Part shown: in pieces, positions 1-13,100 of the stretch
How the letters are laid out: each line of letters begins with the position of its first letter
Numbering within the stretch: position 1 is the stretch's first letter
NCBI GenBank assembly: GCA_050084985.1
Contig: JBITNC010000002.1
Coordinates: forward strand, 5,270,001-5,334,000
Length of the DNA stretch: 64,000 nucleotides
Direction: 5' to 3'
Source: Nageia nagi
Lineage: Eukaryota > Plantae > Pinophyta
Notes under the pieces: generated by a model
Database searches by the model: none
What the model was told of the DNA's origin: nothing
What the model saw: the letters and a program-made list of their open reading frames with translations, nothing else
Position numbers and translations under genes: made by a program

Positions 1-1146
1 TTCAAGTTCATTCAAAAGCTAGTTTTGCGTTATTTCGGAACTCTCCCAAAGGCTCCGATTATCACTCTATTAGGTATATTTAGAGATTAATAAGTTCATC
101 TAATTTTATTTTGTTTACACAATTTAGAAAGTATTTGCATTTCCGTTATTCTCCGTGATATCATTTGCAGCAAACAAAGATCAACTATCAATACTATAGA
201 ATCAAGACAATGTGACCATCCTTTGATCCAAACCAAGTCTCTGGTGGATAAGAATTAGTGTGTCAATGCTGTACAATGCTTTCTAGAGTTTTAGTATTGC
301 ACACAGATTTATAATTGCCTCATCCATATAAAGCACATCCAGAATTTACTCGTGTGGCAGGCTAGGACACTTTCTGACGCAAAGTCATCAAAGTGCAAAT
401 GAGATGATTTGGTGGGTTTTCCTTATTGCTTGCTTCGACTGTTTATTCATCAAAGACATATTCTTACACAAAAATAAGGCCCCCTACAAAACAACAAATG
501 CTTATCACTTTAGTTAGCTGTCTATACAACAATTTTCCTTTCTGTGCAGTTGTTTTCAAAAGTTTGAGTAACATCAGCTTCAAACAAATAACAGCAGGTA
601 AATATTCAGGCCTCTTCTCACATTAAAAATGCTGATAAATAAATAACAACTTTTTCCCATAGTAGCTAATAAAAAATGAATTTAATATATCTTCGCAGTA
701 TTTCCTTAACAATATATTGGATCTCCATCACATGGAGCACAATAAACGAGTCTCATCTTGCAACGAAGACCCTGTACAGGTAAATTTCATCAATGTAGAG
801 AATTCCACCTTTAGTATTGAAGGCCTACCATAAGCCTCCAAAGGAAGAGTAATATTATTGACTATCAATACATGTACGCCTCCTTGCTTAACAACTCAGA
901 AGACGTGATTGCCTCCTTGGGTCATTATCATGTTTTATGAGCATAACTGAGCGCCATACATGGAAGTACCTCTTCCAAAAAAAGAAATTGGATAAAAAAG
1001 AATTAATTTTCCAATCTAAACGCACAAACCATCAGAATACTGCAGAAAAACCTCCGACCATGTTTGATGCTTACCATACTGGATCAACATAGTCCTCAAC
1101 TGATTTAGCAGGCAGATGTGGTATTCAAAAAATGAACAAAAGTATA

Positions 1147-4100
1147 CTAATCTAATGCCGCCTTGTTCCGCCATCCATTTGATGGTCTAGGTATAGCATC
1201 AAACAGAGGTCTGGACACAGCAGATGTCAAAATACTCTGACTGTCACCTTTTGTTGCCGACCTAGAGACTGATTTTAGTGGAGATATCATTGCAGAATCT
1301 TGCAAACTTGGGGTGCTTGACGATCTCCTCACCTTAGATAACAAATCGTGCCCAGCCTTTCCATTACCAGAGCTATCCCCAAACCCCTTCATCACACCAA
1401 CTCCAATGACAAGCACATCAGCCATATTAGGGTCGCTTATCGTGAACGGATTATCATTGGCACCTGTTACATCACTTGAGATAGAAACTCTACCAGCAGA
1501 TTTTGGTCTCAAAGACAGGCCATTTCCACCCCTCCCAGTTAAGCTAGCTTCCTGTTTGAATACATTTTCAGTGACACCTGGTAAGAAATCTGTGCCTTCA
1601 ACCTTGGCTCGCCTTCTAACTGAGCTTTCAGTTGTTTTCTCAGTTTCAGTTGAACTTGTATCTGCAACAAGTTCCATCTTATGAAGGCCATTTGTTTTTG
1701 TTAAGTTGTCATATGTTAAGTCTTGCTCAGCCTTCATCAGTAAATCTCCATTGTAGAATTTTTTATACATCCTATTTACATCTTCAATTTGGCCATTAGC
1801 ATATGTTTGAGGTGGAGTGGATGGTGGATCTCCTGTGGGGAGAATATTGTCTGTTTTATACACAGTCATCTCTGTCCCTTCATCTCCCTCGCTCTTACTT
1901 GGTGAAAGCCCATAATAACCTCTTAAGAGACCCATCGCAACAGAAACTGGTCTACTATCAGATTTCTTTGTCCCAGGAACATAGACAGAGTCAGAAGACC
2001 CACAATATGATGTACGGGTCCCATACCGTGGCGGTCGTGCGGGAGGAATGCAACTACCAAGAAATTTAATGACAAGATTAGTATACCTCGGGTTCAAATG
2101 CTTTCAAATTATATTACTATAAATACACAAGACAAGCTCATTACTCTCCTGGTGTTTAAATTCAAAATCATTAAAAACAGTATGTTTTTCAAAAGAAGTA
2201 TAGGATGCTCCACCCAATGCAATTTTGAGCATACCAAGCATATTATGGAAAAGGCGATGCTTCAGACAAGAAGTATCTTTTATCTGCTGAAATTCCATAC
2301 CATCTCCATTAATTAAATAAAATACACAATGAATGGTATACACTTTTCATATGATGAAACATGCAAGCAATGGTTGCTCATAAGTGGGAATGAAAACCTA
2401 AACAAAATCCTCTGAATTAGAATAAAAAGCAATTAATGCTTATATTTGAGGAACATAAAGTGGACAGAGCTTCAAAGTTTCGACAAGATTTAGGTTGCAG
2501 ATTAACTGTCAAAAAGTTCCTGTTATCAGAATTAACTTTTGTATAGCTTGCATAATCCTTCATACTTCGTTTCCTGTTTCAGCAAAGCTGCAAAACAAAT
2601 AGAAAAGAATAAAGAAAAGAAAGAAAGTATATTAATGTCTCACGGAAAACGAATGACAGTCTATGAGACGATTGTAGTGAGCCAGTACATAGCATGTATG
2701 TCTCGTAGTAGGAATCGAACATGAGACACAAAGCATAGCAAGATCAACACATAACCAACTCAACCAACAATAGAGAAAAGATATGTTAGTGATCAAAGGA
2801 AATGTTGCTGATTTGCAAAGGCTGTGAACAGTGGCCACAATGGTCTTTGAGATGCTTTTGCTGACAAATTTTGGCAAATTGCTACTAAAAGATAATGGTA
2901 ACTTAGAAGCCAATTATCTATGGACCTTACAAGTGCCTAGCATTAAGATTCAAGAAACTTAACTTTTTCCTTGTTAGCGCCATATAGAGATACCTTAGAA
3001 AGACACAGTGACCTGATTATCAAATATTTAAGTCCTACACACTGTTGTGCAAACATCCCTCATTAGTGGTAAAATAGGTCTATCAATATTATGGATGTGC
3101 TGAGCAGTGACAGGCAATGCCTCTGTTAAAATCAGACCTTATGTCATTCCATTCTTCAAAAGAATGTCATCTTCCTTGATTACATTTCAATTCTATCAAG
3201 AATGCATCTATTTACATTGTTAGGAATTAGGTTTATCGCATTACATCATGATAGGTTTAGGTTATTTGAATATTAAAAGAAATGTTAATATGTTAGGTAT
3301 TTACGAATTATAAAAATAAATTATCTAAAAAAATAATTCTTAATAATAATATATTTTAGGCAAAGTTTAAAGTAGTCAGTAAATTACAGAACTTACAACT
3401 TTTATAATTAGGTTTATTGTATTACATCATTATAGGTTTAGGTTATTTGAATATTAAAACAAATGTTAGTATCTTAGGTATCTAGGAATTATAAAAATAA
3501 ATCATCTAAATAAATGATGATTAATAATAATATTATTATGGGAAAGTGGCAAGTAAAATACAGAACTTACCAACATTTATTTATTATTTAAATTTACACA
3601 ATGTTAATGCAAAGTTCACTCATTTGCAAGCCATCCTTGGTCCACATTTTCCTTGATCCACATTTTCCAATATAGTAATAGAGTAGATCTGATCCATTCA
3701 TTATATGTCATGAGATTTTGAAGGGCATAGAAGGCTGTGGATTTGAAAGAGTGCTGATAGATTTATATGTAAAATCTCTATTCGTTGTATGACTTCAAAT
3801 ATTTATGCCCATGTGAAGACCATAACACCTTACAAATAGTTATATGTAATAGTGTTGAAGAGTACACACAAATCTGAGAGAGAGACCAACTCTTGAGGAG
3901 ATTTCATAGTTCAAATAAAAGGGCATGTTTTCATGTAAGGGAAGCATCTGCCAATCCAAACGCATTTACAAGTGAGAAGGATTCAACTTTCACCTTTTAT
4001 TGAAGTTAAGAACTTCCCAGTAGCTTAAATTCATAATTTGCTCTCCTTCAAATATTATTGTTAAAAACAATCACTTGAATAGATAAATGATATACATTCA

Positions 4101-7100
4101 TTCTTTGGACAAATTTTGATAGGTCCTACAAACCATTAGGTCATTCATTCATTGCTCTCACTAATTTCCAAAAAATGAGTAGTATCATCTTTTGAAATAG
4201 AATTGACGGCATGGAGATTGCTGGGATTGTTGGCAATCTATATGGTGAGACTGGTGTTCCATACCTGATGATTGGAAAACATGAGCGCAGGTGGCAAACT
4301 AATGTTGACAACAGCAATTCTCCGACAATGGTGATCTTTTTTTCACAACTTTATTGAAACAATGCTGAAAAGTGCTGGATGAATCACAATATGGATTACC
4401 TGCCTAACAAGTCTGACCTGACATTATACTATGGTGAAAGGCTCCACAAGCTGGTTAACATTGCCAATTGTGCCAAATAGCTATACATGAAAACCACTGA
4501 AAATCATGGTGACCAACTGAAAAATAAAATAAAATACAAAACTATGAAAACAGATACAAAGTTTTCTTAGAGGAGAATATGGAAGATTTATGTCAGTATT
4601 CTCCTATCTCAATGCGGTGAAGAAATTTGGGCGGTGAAGAGATTTGGGCAAGAGAACCATCACAATCTCCAACAGATGATTTGGGTGGTGAAGATAAGCA
4701 CCTCACCACCACATATACTTACTATTCAAGGCCCTACTAGTATAACAAGCGTTTGACAAGGGGTGCAAGTAACTGAATTACAGCAGACCCACATGGGTTT
4801 GACAAACTTTACTGAGTAAGCTCAAATTCTTATTTCACATTGTTCATGTGGTAGACATGAGTGTTTGCTAGAAATATGGATCATAAAAAATAAAAAATAA
4901 TCTTATGAGTATCGTTGAAAGAAAATATCATATACCAAAATAAAATAAGCTTCACCACCATAGGAAGAGCATTTAAGTATCAAAGACGTTTAGAGGCATC
5001 ACCCCTGCCAAATCAATCACAAATGAAGTAGAAGACACCAAAAGAAAAGAGCATTCACCACAAAAATGAAGAGACACCAAAGTTTTCAAGGACAAAAAAG
5101 TAAAGACAAAAACCCAATCTGTTAATGAAGATGGAAAACCTAGAGAATGTTACAATAAGAACTAAGACATGAAATCTCCACACGATACTAGCACTCTAAC
5201 ACTATCATGTCATCCTATTGAAGAATGAATGAGAAGCACCTCTACATACAGAGATGATAAAGGCAGTTGCATAAACAACTCACATTTCTAATATTGCAAT
5301 CATACATTTGTGCGTGCATGAATAACACATACAACCACCTAAGATTCCTCTTAGAGAGAAGTTACAAATGACTCATCCTCACGTATGTGTGAGGAACCTC
5401 ATAAGAGAAAAAGAGTTGTAGGGATTCCTTTGGAATATTTCCTCGCAATTTAATTAATAAATGAGAAATAGTAAATAAATCTTACACCTAGGACCTGAGT
5501 AAAGATTATTTTTCCAACAAAGCTTATAGAGCAAATATGTTCTATGGTATTTGAAGCAAAAATGAAATGATTATAATTGAATCAGAATGTATTACTTTCA
5601 TAGTTTTGCACAAAACAAAATTTGGACACTTATGCAAAGAAAATTAAGGAAAGCGAAAATTTTATTTTTCACATTTTTCAATTGAGGGGTCAAATTATAA
5701 GGACTTCTGTAGCTGACATTGCTGATATTGACACAGAAAGTGGTGCTGAAATCAAGGACAGTGAACCTTAACAGATCACAATGTAGGTGAGGTGATTGAA
5801 GGTCCATTACCACTTTAACCTTGCACAGTTTGTTGCAGAAGAAGGTGAAGTTTGTCGTGTGGTGGTAGAAGGTCCACTACTGCTACTGCTTGGTTGACAT
5901 GCCGCATCAAAGTCCTAAATATGTTGATGAAAGCATTGTCTACTGCCATTAGAGAGAATGTCGCACCATCCAGGTTCTGATATTTTATCTGTAGAAACTA
6001 TCAAGTTTGTCTTCAGTTTCTTGAGAGTTTCTGGATACTCTTAAGTGTGTCTTCAGTATATACAGATATTTTTGGAAAAGAATGATAGTTGACCAGCTAG
6101 TAGAAAGATGATATTTGAGAAGAACACTCATTCAGTTCCTAATGTTTGTGTACAGTGAGGCCATTCCTACCATTGTTGCATCTAGTGAGTCGTTTCCACT
6201 AGACAATTGAAGTTATTACCAGAGACGTCATTCCGCTTGCAATGTGAGGCTCAATCCCTCTTATTGAACAGAGTGTTCAGCAAGGGCCAATTTGACTGAG
6301 CAGCTGTATCGGTGAATAGGCATGTTCACTATATTTCAACTTATTAAATTAGGAGTGTCCTTATCCCATTTTTTTATTATGATTACATAAGTGGGATGTT
6401 AAGAAATTAGGTTTATTGTATTACATCGTAATAGATTTAATTTATTAGAATGTTAAACAAAATGTTAGGTATTTAAGAATGATAAAAATAAATTGTCTAA
6501 ATAAATGATGATTAATTATAATATAGGTTGAAGATTAAGTAGTTAGGGTAGGTGGAAGGTACTCACTAAATTACTGAACTTACAATTTTATGTATTATTT
6601 AAATTTACACATTGTTAATTCAAAGCTTGCTCATTTGCAAGCCACCCTTGCTCCATAAGGTACTTATTAAATTACTGAACTTACAACTTTATGTATTATT
6701 TAAATTTACACGATGTTAATTCGAAGCTTGCTCATTAGCAAGCCACCCTTGCTCCATATTTTCCAATATGCATATTGTCGTAGTTTATTTTCAATTTCAA
6801 GGCTTCTCTTGATAGACTACAAGAAGATTGCAGCCAGCATAATTAGATTTATCTTTCTTCCTTTAGGAAGTATAAAACAGTGTCTTGGCAAACAGAGCCA
6901 TACTGCTATAACATTTATTCCCACAAACTTCGACCTCGCATTTCAAGAGCAGATATTGTATTGAATCCAAAACCAAGGGAGATGATGTAAATCAATCCAG
7001 AAAGCTTTCATGAATAACTACATAGAGAAATAACGTTTTCTGAACAGATCAGCACAACTCATATTACGAATCAACTAATAGATAATAACAGAATAATATC

Positions 7101-10100
7101 CTAATTATATCAAATAACAATAGAATAATAATATCACAATATAATATCAAATGAAGAATATCCCACAAAAGCCAAAACCATAATAATAATATCAATGACT
7201 GAAATTCCAAAGATTATAGGTTCTACCACTTCCCGTTGGTGAACCTCCTCGCCACTTGAGGGGGCAAACACAAAATATTGCAAATCAGGTCATTCATGTT
7301 AGGCAGCTAATCCATATTATCATTGTAAGTTGGCTATTGGACCACCACATAGCTTTATAATTAGCATTAATATCATTGTAAGTTGAATATAGGTTACAGA
7401 CTACGTTACCAGGTTCGCTACCCTGAGCCCTGATCTGGGTCCAGTTTGCACCTGGTTTGGGTGCAGGTCCAGTCCCCTGCATAGGGTCCGGAAAAATCCG
7501 ACCCAGTTCGCCTGCGATGAACCAGAGTTAGCCCTGGATGATTGGGACGGTTCTCTCCTTCAGGTTCTGAAGGTTCCTTCCAGCCAAGTGCCATATTCGA
7601 GAGTAGAGTATGGTTAGGGCACTCCCATTGATACGTAAGGTGGGATGGGAGCAAGCATTTCCATTTCTGCAGTAGGCTCACTCGCTAAGCAGGCAATTCG
7701 AAATGTTTAGGATGTTAAAGGGTTTTCCATGCATGGATTAGGGTTTCAGGATAAATCCATTTGGGGAATTTCTATCCTTGACTGCAATAAAATTCAACCC
7801 ACCAAAATATTATGAATGTCGCTCTCTCACAACTCTGTCCAGACAGGTGGTTGAAGGACGCAATGCACATTTTGCTTACAGATACAGAGACACGCTACTC
7901 TCTACGGCCTAAAAAGTTAAAACATTTTAATTAATTTTAAAAACTTTTAATTTTAGACTTTTTAAAACTTTTAAGTTTTTAAATTTTAATTCATTTCAAT
8001 AATTTTTACTTTTATTCAATTTTAATTTAAGTTTAATTTTAATTAATTTAATTTTTAAATAATGAATTTATGCATTTTAATTTTAAAAACTTTTAATTAA
8101 TTTTTAATTTTAATTATATTTTAAATTTTTTAAATTAATTAAATAATGTTTAATATATTAATTTTATTAATGTTTTAAATATATTTTAAATTATATATTT
8201 AAGATAATTTTAATATATCGAATTTAATGTTGAATTTCATGTTTTTAATATATTTTAAACTTTATTTTAAATGGTATTCAAATTTATGGCTGTTTTGTTG
8301 TTAATATGATGTTTTGTGATACTCTAATCTTAATTTCATGTTTCTATGTTGCACATATATAAAAATGTATGATTTTTACTTGTTTTTTGTATGGACGAAC
8401 CCAAACAAACCAAACCCCCTCAAAAAAATTTAGCCAAACCAGTAAACCCGGTTGCTGAATCCAAACCCGAACAGGTAACTTAGGTTACAGAGAACCGGTA
8501 ACTTAGGTTACAGAGATTGGTGCAGCACTTATAGTTATTTATAAATAGAAACATGGGTTAGACTTGTTGAGAATCTTTGAAACGTAGTTCGTAAGTTGTT
8601 GCAAGTTCTGCCTCTACCTTCTAATGCCTTGTTGAGTGCTTCCTCCTATGTTTTAGGTTAAGCATGTTTATTTCCTTCATGATATTCTCTTTTAATCTTT
8701 GAAGAAAAGTCACCAAAGTGCCTCCCTTGGAATGCTATGTACATTGTTGACTGTAACAAACCCAAGTAGAAAAACCCAGAAATATTGCAAAATAATAATA
8801 GATCTAAACAAATTAATGCCATAGTTTTCAGATCTGAAATACCAGATCTAAATGAATTGTAGATCTAATACCTTTTCAAGCCCTAGATAACGGATCACAA
8901 TGGAAAAATACTCAAATATTCATATCACAATAATTCCTGCAAAACCTGGCTTAAATGATATATAAAATGGCCAATACAATAGAAAATCCTCTGATTTAGG
9001 TAGCAAAATGCAGATTTGATACAAACCCTTTCTAGAAACCACAAATCACACCAGAAACACTACTAGAAGTCCTCAATGCTGAAGAAACAGGTACATATAC
9101 CGCAGAATCGCAGATCACTACAAAATAAGAAAGGTGCACCTGAATAAAGATGCAAACCCTCAAGTAAAATGCAGATTAGCCTAAGTCTGGATGTCTGGTT
9201 ATGTTCACAAAACCTTGCTGAAGGGTATCCAAAAAATGGTGCCAAACCCTTGATCTGAATGTAAAACCCTCTGATCTAGTCCCCAACTCCTGATTTTGAA
9301 CTTCAATCTCTGCAAGTTCTGATCTCAACTCGGATCTGATTATAATCTACAACTCTGATCCAAAACCTTTAGATCTGATAAATCTAGTCACAATACCTTC
9401 AGATCTGATGGATCTATTCACAAGACCTTCAGATCTGATGGATCTATTCACAATACCTTCAGATCTAATACATCTATTCACAATACCTTCAGATCTAATG
9501 CATCTATTCATAATTCCTTCAGATCTAATAGATTTATTCACAATTCCTTTAGATTTGGTCTCAAACTCAGATCCGATCTCAAACTCATCCAGAAATCTGA
9601 TCTCTTTCACAATGAGGCTCAAATGTGAACCTTGGATGGATTCACCATAGAAATTCCAGGTTGGTCTTCCTCAAAAGAGGCTGGCCTTCCTCTAGGGTTC
9701 CCACTTCTGTAGAGTTTCAATGCTACATAAGGAAAGAGATTGCTACTCCAGCAATGTCTCCAACATATCAGATGTAAAAATGATCCAAAATGTCCTTGCA
9801 AATGAAACCCTAATAACATATATAGACAAGTAATCCTAACGGAAGATTAGATCTTAGCCACAAGATGCAATGCCCCTCTCTAAAGTGTAAATCTGACCTT
9901 TAGATCCTCCTAAACAAATCAATCACACTTAATAAACCTATAGGGACCCACATTCACTTAAGAACCTTTTAAGCACATGCCAAATTAGATACAAATGCCA
10001 ATGATATTTTATAAAGTCTGATCTTTTATTTAGAAATACTCTTAAACAGTTAACTAACACACCTAATACACTTTATTTAAAATATAACATGCCTCTATAC

Positions 10101-13100
10101 CATAAAACATATTTAATTCCTTTAAAACATGACTATCTCCTTCTAGAGAAGGAACGTTCCACCCTTAGTGATAAATACACAACACTTAAACACAAAAATA
10201 CATCATTTACAATGTTGGATAAAAATGGGGACATTACATTGACGAATTTGATTAACTGAGCTCCAAAGTCTTTGCCTGAACCTGATTGTTTATGATTAAA
10301 TACACATACCATATGAGTTTCAATATTAATAGTATCAAACCTTTGTATAATCCATTTGCAGGATATTTTTCTAAGACGGTGTGTTTCAGCTTCAATTTCA
10401 AACAGATAGTTTGTCATTCATCCTTTTCCAAGTATGTGATTGCTAAGGGTACCCTTCCTGGTGCTTGAATACCAAAGAGTGCAAAGTTTTGTTCAATTAA
10501 CCCTGGCCATTCTTTTGGATCCTTTCCACCAAAGTTTCTTATATTCAACTTAGAAGGTTTACTACTGTAGGGCCACAGTGGACAAAATTCTTCATTACTT
10601 TCATGATGAGAATCAGATTCATAGTTAGAAGAGTCATATCTTTCTCTATGTTGATGTGTCGAAGAGTTATTCTTTTGAGTGGTGCTAGGTTTTTTGATGT
10701 TAATTCCTTTTCTGGCTGATCATGCTCTTCTTTCTTGATGGTCTTCCCTTCAAAAAACATACTAGCAACCTGACACACTGTTGTAGTAATTGTTGAATAT
10801 ATTGTTGGAGCCATTATAGCTGCTACTTTTTATGCCATATGTTCCATATCTTGTTCTTCTTCAATCCTTTTCATATTTATATATGCATCTACTTCTTGGG
10901 TGATCTTTTCATCCATCCAATTATCAAGGATCGATTCCATTGATGTCTCTCTTGATGCTTGCTAATTTGGATTCATTGAAGCTTTTTGGGTTGATTCTTC
11001 CTGTGGGCTTTTTGCATGTCAAGGGGTTTTGTCTCTTCCCATATTAAATTCTTCTTTTGAAACCAACATATTGGATACAGGGGACCTTATCCAATATTTT
11101 ATATATAGTATTAACTTCCTCAAAATATATCAAAAACGAGCTGAAATTTTAAATATAGGATACTTGCCTGTGTTTCAGCATTCTTGCCAAAAATTTCTTG
11201 AAAATTTACTGATTTGTAGCATAGGGAGTGCTTTTTGTGGAGAAACCTTAATTGTGCAAAACGTTGGCCACTATAGCTTCAAATCTACTGAAAATTTGCC
11301 TGATGCATGCCCTTATGCAATTACAATTTCTCCCCAAATATCATCATAAAGATATTCACTATTTTCAGCCCTAGAAAGAAAGTTTATTATGAAACTTCAA
11401 TTGCCAATAACTTGATGAATATATGTCCATTTTGCCTGAAATTTGGACTCCAATTTGTTGAATATGATTTTTGTAATCCCTTCAAATTTCAACAGAAAAT
11501 TCACAAAAATATATAAGATATAAGAGTTTTACTCAAACCCCCAAAAGGCTAAAAAATATCGAATTTTTGGCCCTCAAGTAACCAAAATTGATGCTCTAAC
11601 ACCACTTGTTACAAACCAACTAATACAAATAACAGAATAATTCCTAATGATATCAGATGACAAACTTGCATAACATAGAAAAACATATCACCATATAATA
11701 TCAAATGAATAATATCTTGTAATAGTCAAATCCAGAATATTGACGAATAGAAGTCAGAAGATGATAGGTTAAAATCATTTTGCAGGGGTGAACCTTCTCT
11801 CCAATTTGAAAGGGCAACCTCCAAATATTGCAATTAAACAATTATGATTTTCCAGTGATATTATGCCTATCTCCTACTTATATGTAACTATAACTACTGC
11901 ACTAATCTCTATGACCTGTAGCTGACTTACAAGTATATTAATCTAGTTATATAGTAGATTAATGCTAGTGTCTGATATTAATCCAACATCTTCTAAGAAC
12001 AGTAAAAATAAATAGGCTATGAAAAACTATGTTAACAAAAAGTCAAAGAACAACATCTGGACTCCTTTTACGTAATTTGTTATGAAGCAGGAGTGAAATG
12101 TAAAACAATGTTTGCTCTCACTAAAACAAATAAAGCAGGTATCTTGTAGATGCCGAATTAGTAGTATGTATAAGAAACGTTGTGAAACTTTAATCCATGG
12201 TCATAAATTGTTGACACGTAGATCTTTTTACAAGGATTGAACAAATAGAACAGTACAGACTAGATCATGTAATGTAGAAAAATAAGACTAGATGACATGT
12301 CTTAAATGAAGAACAAAATGAATTCCTGTATTAAAATTACCATACACCAAAATATCTCAAAAAGAATAAGTCTCTGGTTAGTGAGTAAAAACTTTCATAT
12401 GACAGAAAAATGCTACCATAAACACTTGTCAGCATTATATCCACAATAAAACATGTCAAAAACAGCGTATACCTGGACGTTTTTGGATCATCTGACAAAG
12501 CAGCTGAAGGAGGATGTCTTCCAGGAAGTGGTATTTGTAAAGTCTTGTGAGCAAACATTTGAAGATCTGTCGTCAATCCATTCATCCGTTTAATATCTGA
12601 AACCTGTATCCAAACATGGTATTTTAAAATTCAAGTCAGCTGTTTTAGCTCCCACTAACAAAGTAAGCATGTGGTCTCAAACCTCTAGAGAATAATTAAA
12701 AAAAAAACCAATTCAAGAATGGAAAAATTCAACAAAATGCCTATGACACTCATTATTGATTTTTGTCTCCCCTCTTCAGTTATGACTCCACTTAAGCATG
12801 GATCTAAATGCTAAGCAGGGAAACCTCTCTAGAACAGCAAATTGCTATCTGTATGCGCAACTGGAAATACATCACTCCTGAACCTGAAAACACTCAGTTT
12901 TGAATTCTTTCATGTGCTACGTGCTATAATATGCCCGGTTTAATCATTTATGGCCTAACATTTTGCACATCCTGTCAAAAAACTTCTCCAACAGGGAAAA
13001 TTCACGAGAAAGTAAATAATTTACAAACACATAATAGTTGGCAGATCGTCTTCAAGTCCAAAATAAAGTAACACATATCGCAGGCCACTATTTGAGAAGC

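Larger units (their letters stand above)
7062..11988 (-). mobile_element. Degenerate Gypsy-type LTR element (gag remnant) in LysM intron 2; LTR 11607-11988 with a divergent copy from about 7062
   Basis: PBS-like gctctaacacca (11593-11604, 2 mismatches to the Met PBS) adjoins tgttac...ccaaca. The minus strand reads FGGKDPKEW..IEQNF..RVPLAITYLE, and KQSGSGKDF..IP..LFLQRLKENIMKE once the solo LTR is removed. No TSD found. Confidence 0.6.

Noticed and set aside
620-1075. Possible 3'UTR intron of the LysM gene (donor GTAAGC near 1074)
   Set aside because: The acceptor cannot be fixed without transcript data.
1313-2069. Plus-strand ORFs of 123 and 88 aa
   Set aside because: Antisense shadows of LysM exon 3.
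9347-9650. Repetitive ORFs (IRSEGIVNR / DLFTIPSDL)
   Set aside because: By-product of a 30-bp minisatellite in a solo LTR. There are no unique spacers, so it is not CRISPR-like either.
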